A DNA stretch of 64,000 nt from Lobosporangium transversale (GCF_002105155.1 NW_019028980.1:1240001-1304000); one strand, 5' to 3'; shown: positions 38,735-50,954, numbered from the stretch's first letter. Numbers and translations: made by a program. The notes: a model not told the origin generated them from the sequence alone.

Positions 38735-39373
38735 ATGTTTAATCCTCTTTCCTTTGCAAGGAGTCTGTTCCTTGCGTGTCTCAGTACTGGGTTGGTCCTC
38801 CTATTATCATCATCTTCTTTTTCTTCTTCCTCCTCAATCTATTTCGTCTCTGCTCAATCCCAGAATTGCCACAGTTGTATCAAACGTACAGTCCCTCTTG
38901 TCGACAACTGTTCTGCTCTGACGCCCGCTCAATATCAAACCCTGGACAAGTTAATCCATGGAGCCAAAGTTCATGAGAACATTGGTGTCTACCATCGTGA
39001 GGATCCCAAAGGGTTTGACTGCTTGGTCGCTTTGATGTGGGATATCGTTCATTACAAGGCAAAGCTCTGGGGTGCTTGTCTAGACCCCAAAACTGCTTGT
39101 CCCTGGGGAGAAATGATGCATTATTTCACAATCATCCCTAAAATCGCGTCCATCTATGGTGCTCAGAACCCACCTGTAGGTTTTCTTTTCTTTTTTTTTT
39201 TTTCTTTTTTTTTTTTTTTTCCTTTTTCAAAAAGCGCTTCCGGAATAAAGGGGTGAGGAGAGGAGGGGAATGATTTTCTCGTTAACGCTTTTTCTCTCTC
39301 TCTTTTTTCTTTTTCTTTCTTTCCTGGCTTTTAATCTGTATAGGCTCCCATCTTGGTCGATGCACCCAAGTAA
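38735..39373 (+). CDS. Small secreted cysteine-rich protein, 156 aa; exons 38735-39175, 39344-39373
   Basis: Hydrophobic leader ending VSA-Q; six Cys in the mature part (CHSC...C...C...C...C). A GTAGG...TAG intron removes the poly-T run and gives the ending APILVDAPK-stop. Confidence 0.75.
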
Positions 39374-39579
39374 AAAAAAAAAAAAAAAAAATCTTCTTGC
39401 AGACCAATTCCTAATTCAACCAATTCTTTTCTTTTCCTTACTCTGAAAAGTCATCAATCACTCTAATAAACAAATAATGTTAGACATCCATTTAAACAGA
39501 CAGACAACCAGATATTTTTCTCATTATTATTGTTTATTGCTCCTTAGTTGAATGTTATATACAAGATCACTTCTTTACT

Positions 39580-40388
39580 TTAGATGAGGACATTCTTTTG
39601 GAGGCGTGTCTCAGCACCGAGAGGCTCGTCAACGGTTGCGTGGAGGCCACTTCCTGTCTGTTGCTGAGCATTGGGTACGGCATCGGACTCTAAATCATTC
39701 ATTAGGAAATAGGAAAGAAGAAGGAAAGAATTAAAAAGGGGAAAATAGAAAAAAAGTCATTTGTCGATTAAGATAATGTAAAAAAAAAAAAAAAAAAAAA
39801 AAAAGAAAAGCTTTCCCTTTTTTTTTTCTTCCTCGGCCACTCTATCAGGTTTCTTTATTATTATTATTTTTTTACTCACCCTGAAGGATATGGTGGTTCA
39901 CCAACTCTGAGACTGGAGGACGGTGTTCCAACTTGTGGTTAAGGGTGTTCTCAAGTTGAGCCTTCTTGAGTTCCTCCGCCTGTTGTTGGAGTGCTGGCGC
40001 AACCTTGGGATCTAATTTGGAAAAATAAAGAAAAGAAAAAAAAAAAAGCATTTGTCAGTCCTCGCATCCTATTCAATTATATTCTTCCCACGCACACATG
40101 CATTATAGCTTCATTGCTAATGCTGTTATTATCACCTTTAAGGATGTTCCTCTCAACAAGTTCCTCAGGCGCGGGACGTTCTTTCAAGAACTTGTCGAGT
40201 CCTTCTGCAGCCTTGACATGTTCAGCATGTGCAGTAGCGGGATCGATATTCTCAGCTGTCGATGATGAATGGAAAGAATGAATAATAAAATAAAAGAAAA
40301 AAGAAAATAGAAATTAGTTTTCGTTTTCGATTCCCTCCTGTTTTTCCTAAAGTCCTTCATTTGCTTGCCCAGATGAGAACATACACAT
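39580..40388 (-). CDS. Small RPEL-repeat protein, 121 aa; exons 40388-40385, 40255-40136, 40011-39880, 39689-39580
   Basis: Not in the ORF track. Spliced translation contains two RPEL motifs: LDKFLKERPAPEELVERNILK and LNHKLEHRPPVSELVNHHILQ. 366 nt, in frame. Confidence 0.85.
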
Positions 40389-40787
40389 GGTTATAGTTGT
40401 TTCAATGGTTGGAAATAGCTGAATGGAAAGAGGATTGGGAAAGAAAGTAGTAAGAATTGGTCAAAACTAAGCTAAGAATGTGGGGAATTTACACCATTTT
40501 ATATTTTTAAGCTTCTTGTGATGATGACATGACGTCTTTTGCATGACTTTGTTGTGCTGTGTGTCGTGTACATGTACAGCAAATTTTTTTTTTTTACAAA
40601 CAAATCGTCATTTCATCCACCCCTCATCTCAACCATGTCCATGTCAAGCACATGCAGCAAATGTATAAATAAACAACATGCAGCCCCCTTCATCAAATGC
40701 TTTTTTGTTTTTTGTTTTTTTTAACTCTTTTTATTTCTTGAAAACAATTTATTTGTAATCTGGATATTTTATAATGAGCAGATCCAA

Positions 40788-42636
40788 TTAGAAAGTGCTC
40801 CAGGACCAGTCGTGTGGGACACTTGGCATTGGCATCACTGTCGGATCTAACATAAAGTAAAAACAAGTTTTTAGACACTCGGCTTCTGTTCTTTTTGGAG
40901 ACTATAAATAGCTATGAGAATAATAATAGTAGTAAGAAATAACAATATGTCACCCGGAGCATTTTTGTTTACCTGTCGATGGTCGTCTTTTGATGGGGAT
41001 TGTCCTTGATGAAGGGCTTTTCCTCCTGACAATATCTAGTGATTTTTTTTTTTAAAAAAAAAGAAGAAGAAAGGAGAATGGAAAACAAAAAAAGTGTTAA
41101 AAAAAAAAAAAAAAAAAGTGCTGTGCTTTCAAAATGACGCGACGGCTTAAATATTAGTCAAGTGCGTATACAAGATGAAAAATATAAACATGGATTGTAT
41201 GTGTTTTTACCATCTCGTCCAATGGCTTCCCGTGTGGATTGTCCACCCAAGAATCCATCTGGGATACGTCCTATATTCGGCCTTTGAGTCGCTGCTGAAA
41301 TAATGGGTGATAACGAGATCTTTGGCGCAGAAAAGGGATCTGTAGAATTGGCACTACTATTGCCTCCACTATTTGCGCTATGGTATACACTGTTGTAACT
41401 AGAACTACTGTTGTTGTTGTTGCTGTTGCTGTTATTGTTGGAATTGCCGTAGCTATTATTGAAGATATAGTCGCTATTGCTGCTGGTCGGGGTTTTTCCT
41501 TGCCAACGTTCAAACTGTTCAAAACATCCGACACATGCTCGACTCTTCCTTCCTTCTATCGGGTTGAAATCCAATGCTTGATCGAGCGGAACTTCTTTTG
41601 AACAATGTGTGCTGCAAAAGATGTCTCCACATCTGTTACATTAAATTAGAAAATAAAAATAAAAATAAAAATTAGAAATTAGAAATAAGAAATAAGAATT
41701 AAGAATTAAGAATTAAAAATAAATAAAGAGAAACATTTAAATGTCTTTCTTTCCCACGGACTAATTTGTCATGTTGGCATCATTTGTTCATTTGTATGAC
41801 AAAGAAAAAAAAAAAAAAAATCGAAAAAAAGTAAATTCCATACTTTCTACAGTGGTGTCGTCGGTCAAAGAGTCCGAATTCAACTCGGCATCCTGGCCAA
41901 GTGCAAACATTCGTGCTACTATCGGGCTACAAGAGAGGAAAAAAAGAAAAGAAATAAAATAAATAAACTGCGTATCTCTTTGAGTAAAAAAATAAAAAAA
42001 GAAAAGTTTCGAATAGAGGAGACGCTATTATTTTCTTACCTTCCAGTGTGCACGGCTAGGTCCAGTTATGCCTAAGGAGGCATTGCTTCTCAACGAATCA
42101 TTATCTCGATCAAACCGATCACCGCTGATATAGCTCTGGCTATGACTATGACTTTGACTTTGACTTTGATTATAGCCGCTACTGTTGCTGTTACTGCTGC
42201 TGTTATAAGACATCAGCGGCGCAGAGGCTATGCGTCGACGTGTTGAACTCCAAACTCCGCTAATGTCACTCATCAATTTGGACCCTCTTGCTCCATCTCC
42301 TCCTTTGTTACCACTGCCGGCACTGCTGGTATTGCTATTATTACTACTAATATTACTATAGTTATGATGACTGTTGTTATGATGATTGGTAGGCGAGGAA
42401 TCTACAGAGGCCGAGGGATATCTGGCCCTTCGTTGTTGCTGAAGTTGTTGTCGTGGCTGTGATTGGGGTTGGGGTAGCGGTGGTAGATGTTGTTGTTGCT
42501 CCAACACCCGCATTTGATACTCTCGTTGCTGTTTCTCGAAAACTGCTTGACGGTATTGTGGTGGGAGTTGTGAATACTTTTGGTCGATATCTTGTATCGT
42601 AGGGGGTCTTGCTGTGTGCTGTTGAAGGTGTGCCAT
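40788..42636 (-). CDS. PIB2: FYVE zinc-finger protein with Pib2/phafin-type C-terminal tail, 407 aa; exons 42636-42040, 41926-41844, 41632-41211, 41035-40973, 40846-40788
   Basis: WKPD...C...C...F...RRHHCRKCGDIFCSTHCS...RACVGC is a canonical FYVE finger. The last exon ends SVPHDWSWSTF-stop, like the yeast Pib2 tail motif. The symbol is by motif similarity; orthology untested. Confidence 0.75.
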
Positions 42637-43265
42637 TGGGTGAAGACTTTTTTTTACAATCGATAAAGGGTATTGTGTTGTTTGAGAAAAAGGAAACAAA
42701 AGAGAGGTAAAGCAAAGTTGGATGAATACAAATGAATGGATTAAATGAATGAACGAGCGAATGAACGAATGAAGCTGAACAGAAAGTTCCAACAAATTTT
42801 ACTCCACACATATACCCGAAGAGCCTTTTTTTCCCTCCAAAATTGAAGTGCATTTTCCCTCAAAAGGGAAATGTGTGATTGTCCTGTCTGATGTCTTTGC
42901 AAAATAAAGACATTAGAAAACATTAGTCCACCACAACCCATTCACTTTATTAAAAGTATATATATATATAAAAGTAGTAAAAGCCAATGCAATGGCATCA
43001 AAGGAGATTAGAGAATGAATCACTTTTTGTTGCTCCTTCAGATTTGTGGCACCAGTCTTGACATCTGATTCTCCTTCTCATCCAGCAGAGCAATAGTTGG
43101 CACACGGTTCAGGAACCTTGAGAAAGTACGGGTCAGTCATAATTATGGCAAGATGAAAGCTGACTTTGTTCCCCTCTTCTCCTTCTCTCTGCCACATGTA
43201 AATAGACAGCTGGAAAAGTGTAGCTGCTTTGGCCACCAAGGAGGAGGGAGATAAAAAAAAAGGAA

Positions 43266-46200
43266 TATGCAAAGTAAAAAAAAAAAAAAAAAATCTTGAT
43301 GGTTTACACAAAGAAAATATTGCGCCCCCATCTTTTTTTTTTTTGACTGCCTTCGCCGCCTTGTTCCCCATCATTGAAGAGTCGAACCACTCCCATTTTT
43401 TTTTCTTTTCCTTCCACTATTCTTTCAGCACATCATCCATTCTTCCATCTCCCTTTTATATTGCTCGACTTCTCTGTCGTATTATAGACTATCTTATACA
43501 CATTCACGTTCTCAAGTTCTCCACTGTAAGGCTTCCTCCGCCGTCATTAACTTGTTGGTCGCTTTGCTGATGAAACATCACCAATCTAACGAACCGCTAT
43601 TGCCTTTATCAATTACAGGCTGTGAAAGAAAAAAACAAAGAAAAATGGGATGGATGCAAAGCATGCCCAAACGAGGACAACTCCCGCCTCAAAAAGCCTT
43701 GGACCTTGCTACCATCTACTTGGAACATGCACACAAGACAAACGACCCTGTACTCACTTTAGAGATCTGCTTGGATGCTGAGAGTGTTCTTTCTCGAATA
43801 CACCGGTCTGATCGAAAGTCTCTTCTCTCAGCCTCAACAGATAAAACATTGTGTAAGGCAATCAGTGCTGCTCTGAATGATATCGGTGAGCTATTCGACA
43901 ATCTTGGTCATCCAGATCATTCGAAAAGAGGCCACAAGTACGCAGCCGAATGGGGTCATGTACGACAGGTCAATCCAACTTCAGATAGTTCAGGCACACT
44001 TCATCAAGCCACCAACACAAGCAAAGATGGCTACAGTGATAGCAATAATGAATATGGTGACAACAACAACAACAGCAGCAATAGTAACAGCAATAATAAC
44101 CAGTGTAACAACAGGGACAATAACAGCGACAACAAAAGTTCTCAACAGGATACCGGCACCTATACCAATGGAGTGGACGATACTATCAAGGCACCAGAGG
44201 CCTCTACAACCCACAATCCTCCAACTTCCTCAAAAGACATATTTGACCATGATATACCTCCAGTGGTGCACAAGTACAGTCTGCCTGATCTAGGTGCTCA
44301 TCTGGATGGTACCCATCAACTCGTCTACTGCCTTAGTCTGCTTCATACTGCACATCAATCACTGACTGCTCTCACAGTCCAGGAGCAACAGTGGTTCTTA
44401 GTCACATCGAATGATCAAGATGAGCAACTCCGACTTTACAACCTGGCTTCAGATGTCATTGCAATCTTCATCCAGGAGAGTGTCAAGAATGGGCCTGCTG
44501 TTGCTGAGGTTGTGATGCTGGCTCCAGTCCTTGACTATGATCAATACAGGGCAGTGCTCATGGCCTTGATCAACAGAATCAGTCAGAATATCATGCTGGA
44601 TACTCATTTGCTCGAAGGACTGGCTCAGCTGATGCAGCATACTTCTCCTGGATACCTCGATTCTGATGATCTGGTCAACATCCTCAATATCCTCAGTTCT
44701 CGCTTACAAAGCACGCATTCACAGTGTGGCAGTCACATCTATCAACTGTGTGTGACAGTCTCACATGTGCTGGATGCCATGGTCGACAACCAAGTCAAGG
44801 GTCTGAAGCGAGAACAACTCCATGAACCACTAGCAGCCTACTTGAAAGAACTACAAGAGAGCTCTGATCCTCACCTGGTATACCATGCAGCCTATGCTTC
44901 TCAAGCTTTGCTATATATCCCAAATGATGAGACACCAATGCAAGCTATGCTTCGGCGTACATCAGCAGTGGCTCGAGGAGTGTTTGGAGTAGTGAGTGCA
45001 ATCAAAGACCTGGATCTAAATGCCTTTATGGACGAGCTAACCAACATTCAAAAGCAGCTTCCATCTGTGACAAGAGCTATTGACAAGAGTTTGAGTATGT
45101 ACAACAACGCAGTTTCACTGTATGAGAGTGGGGTTACATTCAAACAGTCTATAGAAGAGGGGTTCAGCTTTAGTCACAAGAGTGCATGGTACCCTGCACT
45201 CCGTGGAGTTGATGTATTTCTTCATTCAGGCGAGATCACCAAGGTCAAGACCCTTGTGTATAAGTCACCTTGTCGACAAAGGCTAGAGTTCCAATGGGGT
45301 CTATGTCAGCGCTTAGGACAGCTTGCAGCCAACACAGAGTCAACCCTTGAAATTCGAGAAGATGCAGTCGCTCTCCTTGGAGAGATATACAAGAATGACA
45401 ATGATTGGGGTCACCATCCTGAGATCAAGCAATGGATTATATTTATCCTCAAGAGACTGGCCTTGTCGACGAAGGATGGCCTGCAAGGTGAGTAGTCATG
45501 CTACCTCAATATTAGGTCGTTGGTTCGGTAACAAGAAGCAGCGATACTAATAAGCATAGTACATTATGTTCCACATGTATTCCTCTGTAGCTGCAGAGAC
45601 ACTCCTCCATGACCTTGCTGCGGATAGAGATATCAATGAGTCAACAACACAGTATCTTTTCACTGCCACCTTGCCTTCACCTGCATCTCCATCACTGCTC
45701 GATCGTGCACAGAATAAGCCTGATGTGGAGAAGAGCATACGTTTACTCAAGCAACAGCGGATGGAGACAAGAGGCGACAGGTTCTTCTACGTTGACCAAT
45801 ATGCCAAAGCGAATCCTCAAGCTAGTGATGACGAATCATTCCTATTGATGGACAAAGTGAACGAGTTCTTGAAGAGCAAGCAGAAAGTGCTGCTTATCCA
45901 AGGTGATTCAGGAGCAGGCAAGTCGACATTTAACTGTAATCTAGAGTCCACTCTGTGGGAAGCGTATCAAAAGAACCATGGCCGCATCCCACTGTTCATT
46001 AACCTGCCAGCCATCGATGACCCAACAAAGGATATGGTTGCAAAGCAACTGCGGATGTATGGCTTCACGAGTGAGCAGATCAAGGAACTGAAGAGGAGTC
46101 GGTCATTGATCTTGGTGTGTGATGGATATGATGAGACCATGCAGACCAAGAACCTGTATGTTACCAACAACCTCAACCATGCTGGTGAATGGATGTGTCA

Positions 46201-49200
46201 GATGGTGATCAGCTGTCGCAGTGAGTATCTTGGAGTAGACTATCGAAGTCGCTTCCAGCCTATGGACCGCAACCATCAAGCAGATGCTGGATTGTTCCAA
46301 GAAGCTGCGATTGTGCCATTCTCTGAGGATCAGATCGATGAGTACATCAAACAGTATGTCGCAAGCATAGACATATTGTGGAGTGTGGAGGACTATCAGT
46401 GTGCACTCAAGATGGTCCCTAGTCTACAAGAGCTTGTAAAGAACCCATTCATACTATCGATGGCACTACAAGTGCTGCCACGAATGATAGACCCACATCA
46501 AGGCATCTCCACAACACAGGTCAAGCGCATCACACTGTATGATCAGTTCATTGAGTCGTGGATCGAACGAGGCAAGAAGCGACTAAGCGAGATATCGACA
46601 ACAGATAGCACAGATAGAGAGATGCTCCAGATACTGTGTGAGGAAGGGTTCGCAAAGAATGGGATTAGGTACCTGACAGAACTGGCAGTAGCAATCTACG
46701 AGCATCAAGATGGCAACCCAGTGGTGGAGTATCCATGCAAGCGCAAAGAAGCATGGAAAAGAGAGTACTTTAGCCGAGGAAGCAAGAAGTACCTCCTTCG
46801 AGAAGCATCACCTCTGAGCCGTACAGGCGATCAGTATCGGTTTGTGCATCGGTCTATTCTGGAGTACTGTGTGGTACGAGCGATGTTCGAACCACGGAAA
46901 GAGATGAATACGGCTGCAGGTGATACAGTAGCAGCAACAGCACTGAAATGTCGCCGACAGAGTGTCAGCTCTGTATTCAGCTTTGAAGTGGAAGGGAGTA
47001 AAGCGGATGGAGGTGAGCTAGATTCAGCCATAGCAGATGAGACATCGCCTTTGGTGTGGAGAAGCTTTGTGAATGAGCCATCGATCCTTGAGTTCCTGAA
47101 AGAGCGTGTTGAGATTGAACCAAAGTTCAAGCAGCAGTTGTATGAGTATGTTGAGCTATCGAAGAGCGACAAGAGATGGCGGATAGCAGCAGCAAATGCA
47201 ATGACGATACTGGTCCGAGCAAGAGAGTCGTTCAGCGAAGCAGACTTACGAGGCATCCAGATCCCAGGAGCTGATCTTAGCCATGGTATATTTGATAGTG
47301 CTCAACTACAAGGAGCAGACTTGAGGAAAGTCAATCTTCGCGGCTGTTGGCTTCAGAAGGCAGACCTGAGTGGAGCAGAGATGTCAGGTGTACAGTTTGG
47401 AGAGTGGGCATTCCTTCAAGAAGAGGGGATTGCAATGAAAGGATCATACTCGCCTGATGGCAAGACACTAGCTGCGGTTGTGTATAATCGTGACACCAAG
47501 GAGAGCCATGTCAGCATATATGATACTCTGACATGGGAGAAGCGCATGACTTCAGAGATCATTATTGGCGGCTTCATTAATTTTACATACTCTCCAGACA
47601 GTGGACGCATTGCCATATGGTACAGAAGTGACAGTAGTGTGGTTTATGTGTTTGATACAGTATCAGGGGTAGAAGTCCATAAGTTGGAAGGCCATGCAGG
47701 CACCGTCGAATGTGTAGTATACTCACCTGATGGAAATCATCTCGTCTCAGGAAGCAAGGATGGACCAGTATATGTGTGGGATACCAAGTCAGGCGTGATC
47801 CAATACACATTAGAGGGCCACACTGGTATGGTGGGGAATGTGGTGTATTCACCGGATGGGAAGCAGATTGCAACTGGAGGCGAAGACAAGATAGTGCGGC
47901 TATGGGATGCGGTGTCAGGAGAGCTCATTCTGATACTCCAAGGGTGGGAATATCAACTCTTGCAAATTGTATATTCACCTAACAGTCAGGAAATCATCAC
48001 TTGCTGTGGTGGCAGTAGGTTACTAGATGTATGGGATGCTAGGTCTGGTCAGAAGAAGTGGACTTGGGAGCATAAAGAAGGTTCCGTTGAGGGTATTCAG
48101 TATTCACCTGATGGGAAATATGCCGCTACGTTTTCCCAGTACGCAGTATATCAGTGGAATATGCAAACAAGAGAAGTCATCCATACTTTTGAAGACCATG
48201 ACGGTCAGATCAAATGCTTGAAATATTCACCAAATGGAGAACAGATAGCTATTGGTTATTGGGACTGTATAGTACGGATTTGGGATACTCGATCAGGACA
48301 ACTAAACGCAGTTTATTATCACCCTGACATGATATATGATGTGGCATATTCACCAAACAGCCATCAGCTTGCATCATTCAGCGAAGATGGAACGATACGA
48401 CTGTGGGACACACAATCAGGCCAATCTAGGCATGTGTCCTATGGTCATACATCTGATATCGGCACACCAAGGCTTTCACCGGATGGGAAGTACATGGCCG
48501 CATTCAGTCGCACTGACGATATAGTGCGTGTATGGGACAGTCGAACAGGACAATGTGTTTACGTCTTACAATACAAGCCAACTGACGTCAAGTATTCATC
48601 TGATGGTCAGCTGCTTGCATTTTATGACTACAGTGATCATCGTGTTCACCTTCTGGATACTGGAACAGGCCAGCCTGCCCTTATCTTGGAATCACAAACC
48701 AAAAGCGATGAGATCAAAACCTTTGATATTTCACCTGTTGGCCACCAAATTGCTTTTGGCTATAAAAGTGGACAAGTAGATGTATGGGACACACAAGCTG
48801 AAAAGCTCGTGTGTACTTTGCAGTATGGGGGCGATTTGTGGGATATATTATTCTCACCTTGTGGTCGCCAGATTACTTGTCGCGGTCAAGGTGATATAGT
48901 CAAAGTCTGGGTAGCGCATTCAGGGGACTATCTTTATGAGTTTAGCGGCAGTGATTCAATGGTTTACTCGCCTGACGGCCAGAAGATAGCACTGATTCAG
49001 AACGACAATATCCTCCAGCTACTGAATGCAGAAACAGGCGAGCTCTGTTCCGAAACGAATTTCGATTGTAGACCACTACCCATTGCATTTTCACCATCTA
49101 GTCAGCTGGTGGCTGTTGGGGCTTATAGGGGATCAATTAGCGTGGTGGATACAGAATCAGGGACGGTGTTACATATACTTGAAGGACATACCGAGTATAT

Positions 49201-50078
49201 AATGGACCTTTCTTATTCTAGCGATGGCCAGTACCTCGCCTCACATGACATAAACGATGTAAAGCTATGGGATGCAGAGTCAGGCCAGTGCTTGGCTGTC
49301 CCGAATATATACAAATGTATTACAAATCTTGCATGGAATGTTACTGGAGAAGGTCACTTTCTAGTAACAGCATATAGTAATGGCTCTACCCGGATGTGGC
49401 AGATTGTTAAGGATGAGTATGGCCAATGCCATGTCCGACTGAAGTGGAGCTCGGAGCAACAGCCTTTTAACGCCCATAAAGTAAACATTCAAGATGTATC
49501 TGGCTTGAGTGAAGCAAACAGAAAGCTTTTGGAACAACATGACGCTGTTGGCGACCCAGTGCAGCGCCCGACTTCCAGCGAAGCAAGCTATGAGGCCAAT
49601 ACAGCGATATCTACGCTACCTAGGATCAGTGAAGTGGAAAGTAATGTGTTGGATACGTCATCAAAGAGAGACATGACCAGAGCAAGGCCATTGCTCGCTA
49701 AAAGTGAAGGAAGCAAGGGATATCAATTCATTTGTAGCAAATGTAGTGAATGCGACGAGTGTGGAGATGCACATTTCATTCTAAGTGGTTCATACGACAA
49801 ATCTGATAGTAACTGATCAGTATTGTGAGGAAGGGAGCATGCATGCCAACCTAATAAAGTAAAGGCACTCTGTGCTCCCACACCTCCTTAGCTAGTTAGT
49901 TATATATTTCATTTCTACAATAAGGTGGTCAAATGGCCTGCTTGCCAAGTTACTATCTCCTCAATATCAAGCCTTCAATGACACAGACATTTTGTAAGCT
50001 TCTCTGAACTCCAGCATGGACTCTGCAAATAAAAGGTGTTTTAAAGTGAGAGGAACGACGCTTTTACATAGCTCGACC
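43266..50078. repeat. Right arm of the inverted duplication (NLR-E plus flanks)
   Basis: Reverse-complement match to 31435-38212. Ends approximate. Confidence 0.85.
43645..49816 (+). CDS. NLR-E: intact full-length paralog, 2022 aa; exons 43645-45487 and 45591-49816
   Basis: ATG 43645 (MGWMQS...). Phase-1 intron 45488-45590 (GTGAGT...TACTAAT...TAG). GDSGAGKS, LVCDGYDE, pentapeptide repeats, WD40 array, GLSEANRKLL tail and a Cys-rich extension. Confidence 0.92.
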
Positions 50079-50566
50079 TACGTTCATGTACAACTGGTTA
50101 TTATTCACAGTTATGGAAGGATACATGTGTCATACAGGTTCTAAGCAAAGGCATGGCCGAAAGGGCAAATGTCCTCGTCACTCCTGATACCCAAAAAAAA
50201 AGGAAAGACTTGGAAGGAAGCTGCAGTGAATGAATCCAGAACATGCCATTTCTTTCGCTTCTACACCATTTAGGATCGAAGATGCCGAGAGAAATAAATA
50301 TAACAAATAAAATAGAGATATAACACCATCAGTGCAGCTAGTCAAAAGACTTGCTTTCTGGCTTTTATCATCTTTATATTTCTCCTATAAAATAAAAACA
50401 TATTTGCTTTCTTTTAAAGCAGAGTTGCTTTATTCTATTGACCAAATCTTTTGAAAAAAAAAAAGCCATTAGGAAACAAAGCAAAGGGTAAACTAACCGA
50501 AATGATTAGATCAATAAAGAGTATTTACAAATGCCCAAAGCGTGGTCCTTGAGGAAGATTTTTTTT

Positions 50567-50954
50567 TCAATGAGATTCTCCTCCTGCGAGATGGACACTC
50601 GCAATAGCTGCTTCGTCCAGATCATCCTTCAATGTGATATTCAAGCCAGATCGGCGCAAGCACTCTTTGCCTTCTTCCACTTGGTTGCCCTGTAGCCTGA
50701 CCACGATAGGGATATTGATCTTTGGACTGGCCTCTTTCAGAGCGGTGACCATGCCTTCTGCAATGGTCAGACAACTAGCAATGCCTCCAAAGATATTGAC
50801 CAAGATGGTCTTGACATTCTGATCCTCTGTCAGGATCTTGAATGCTTGACTGACCTGTTTTGTTGTCACACCCCCTCCAACATCCAAGAAATTGGCTGGC
50901 TTGGCTCCATGTAGTTTTATAATATCCATTGTTGCTAATGCCAGTCCAGCGCCG

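Noticed and set aside
43552..43644. Longer N-terminus for NLR-E as given by the ORF track
   Set aside because: It starts at a non-ATG codon inside the predicted 5'-UTR intron; paralogs D and B start at the position equivalent to 43645.
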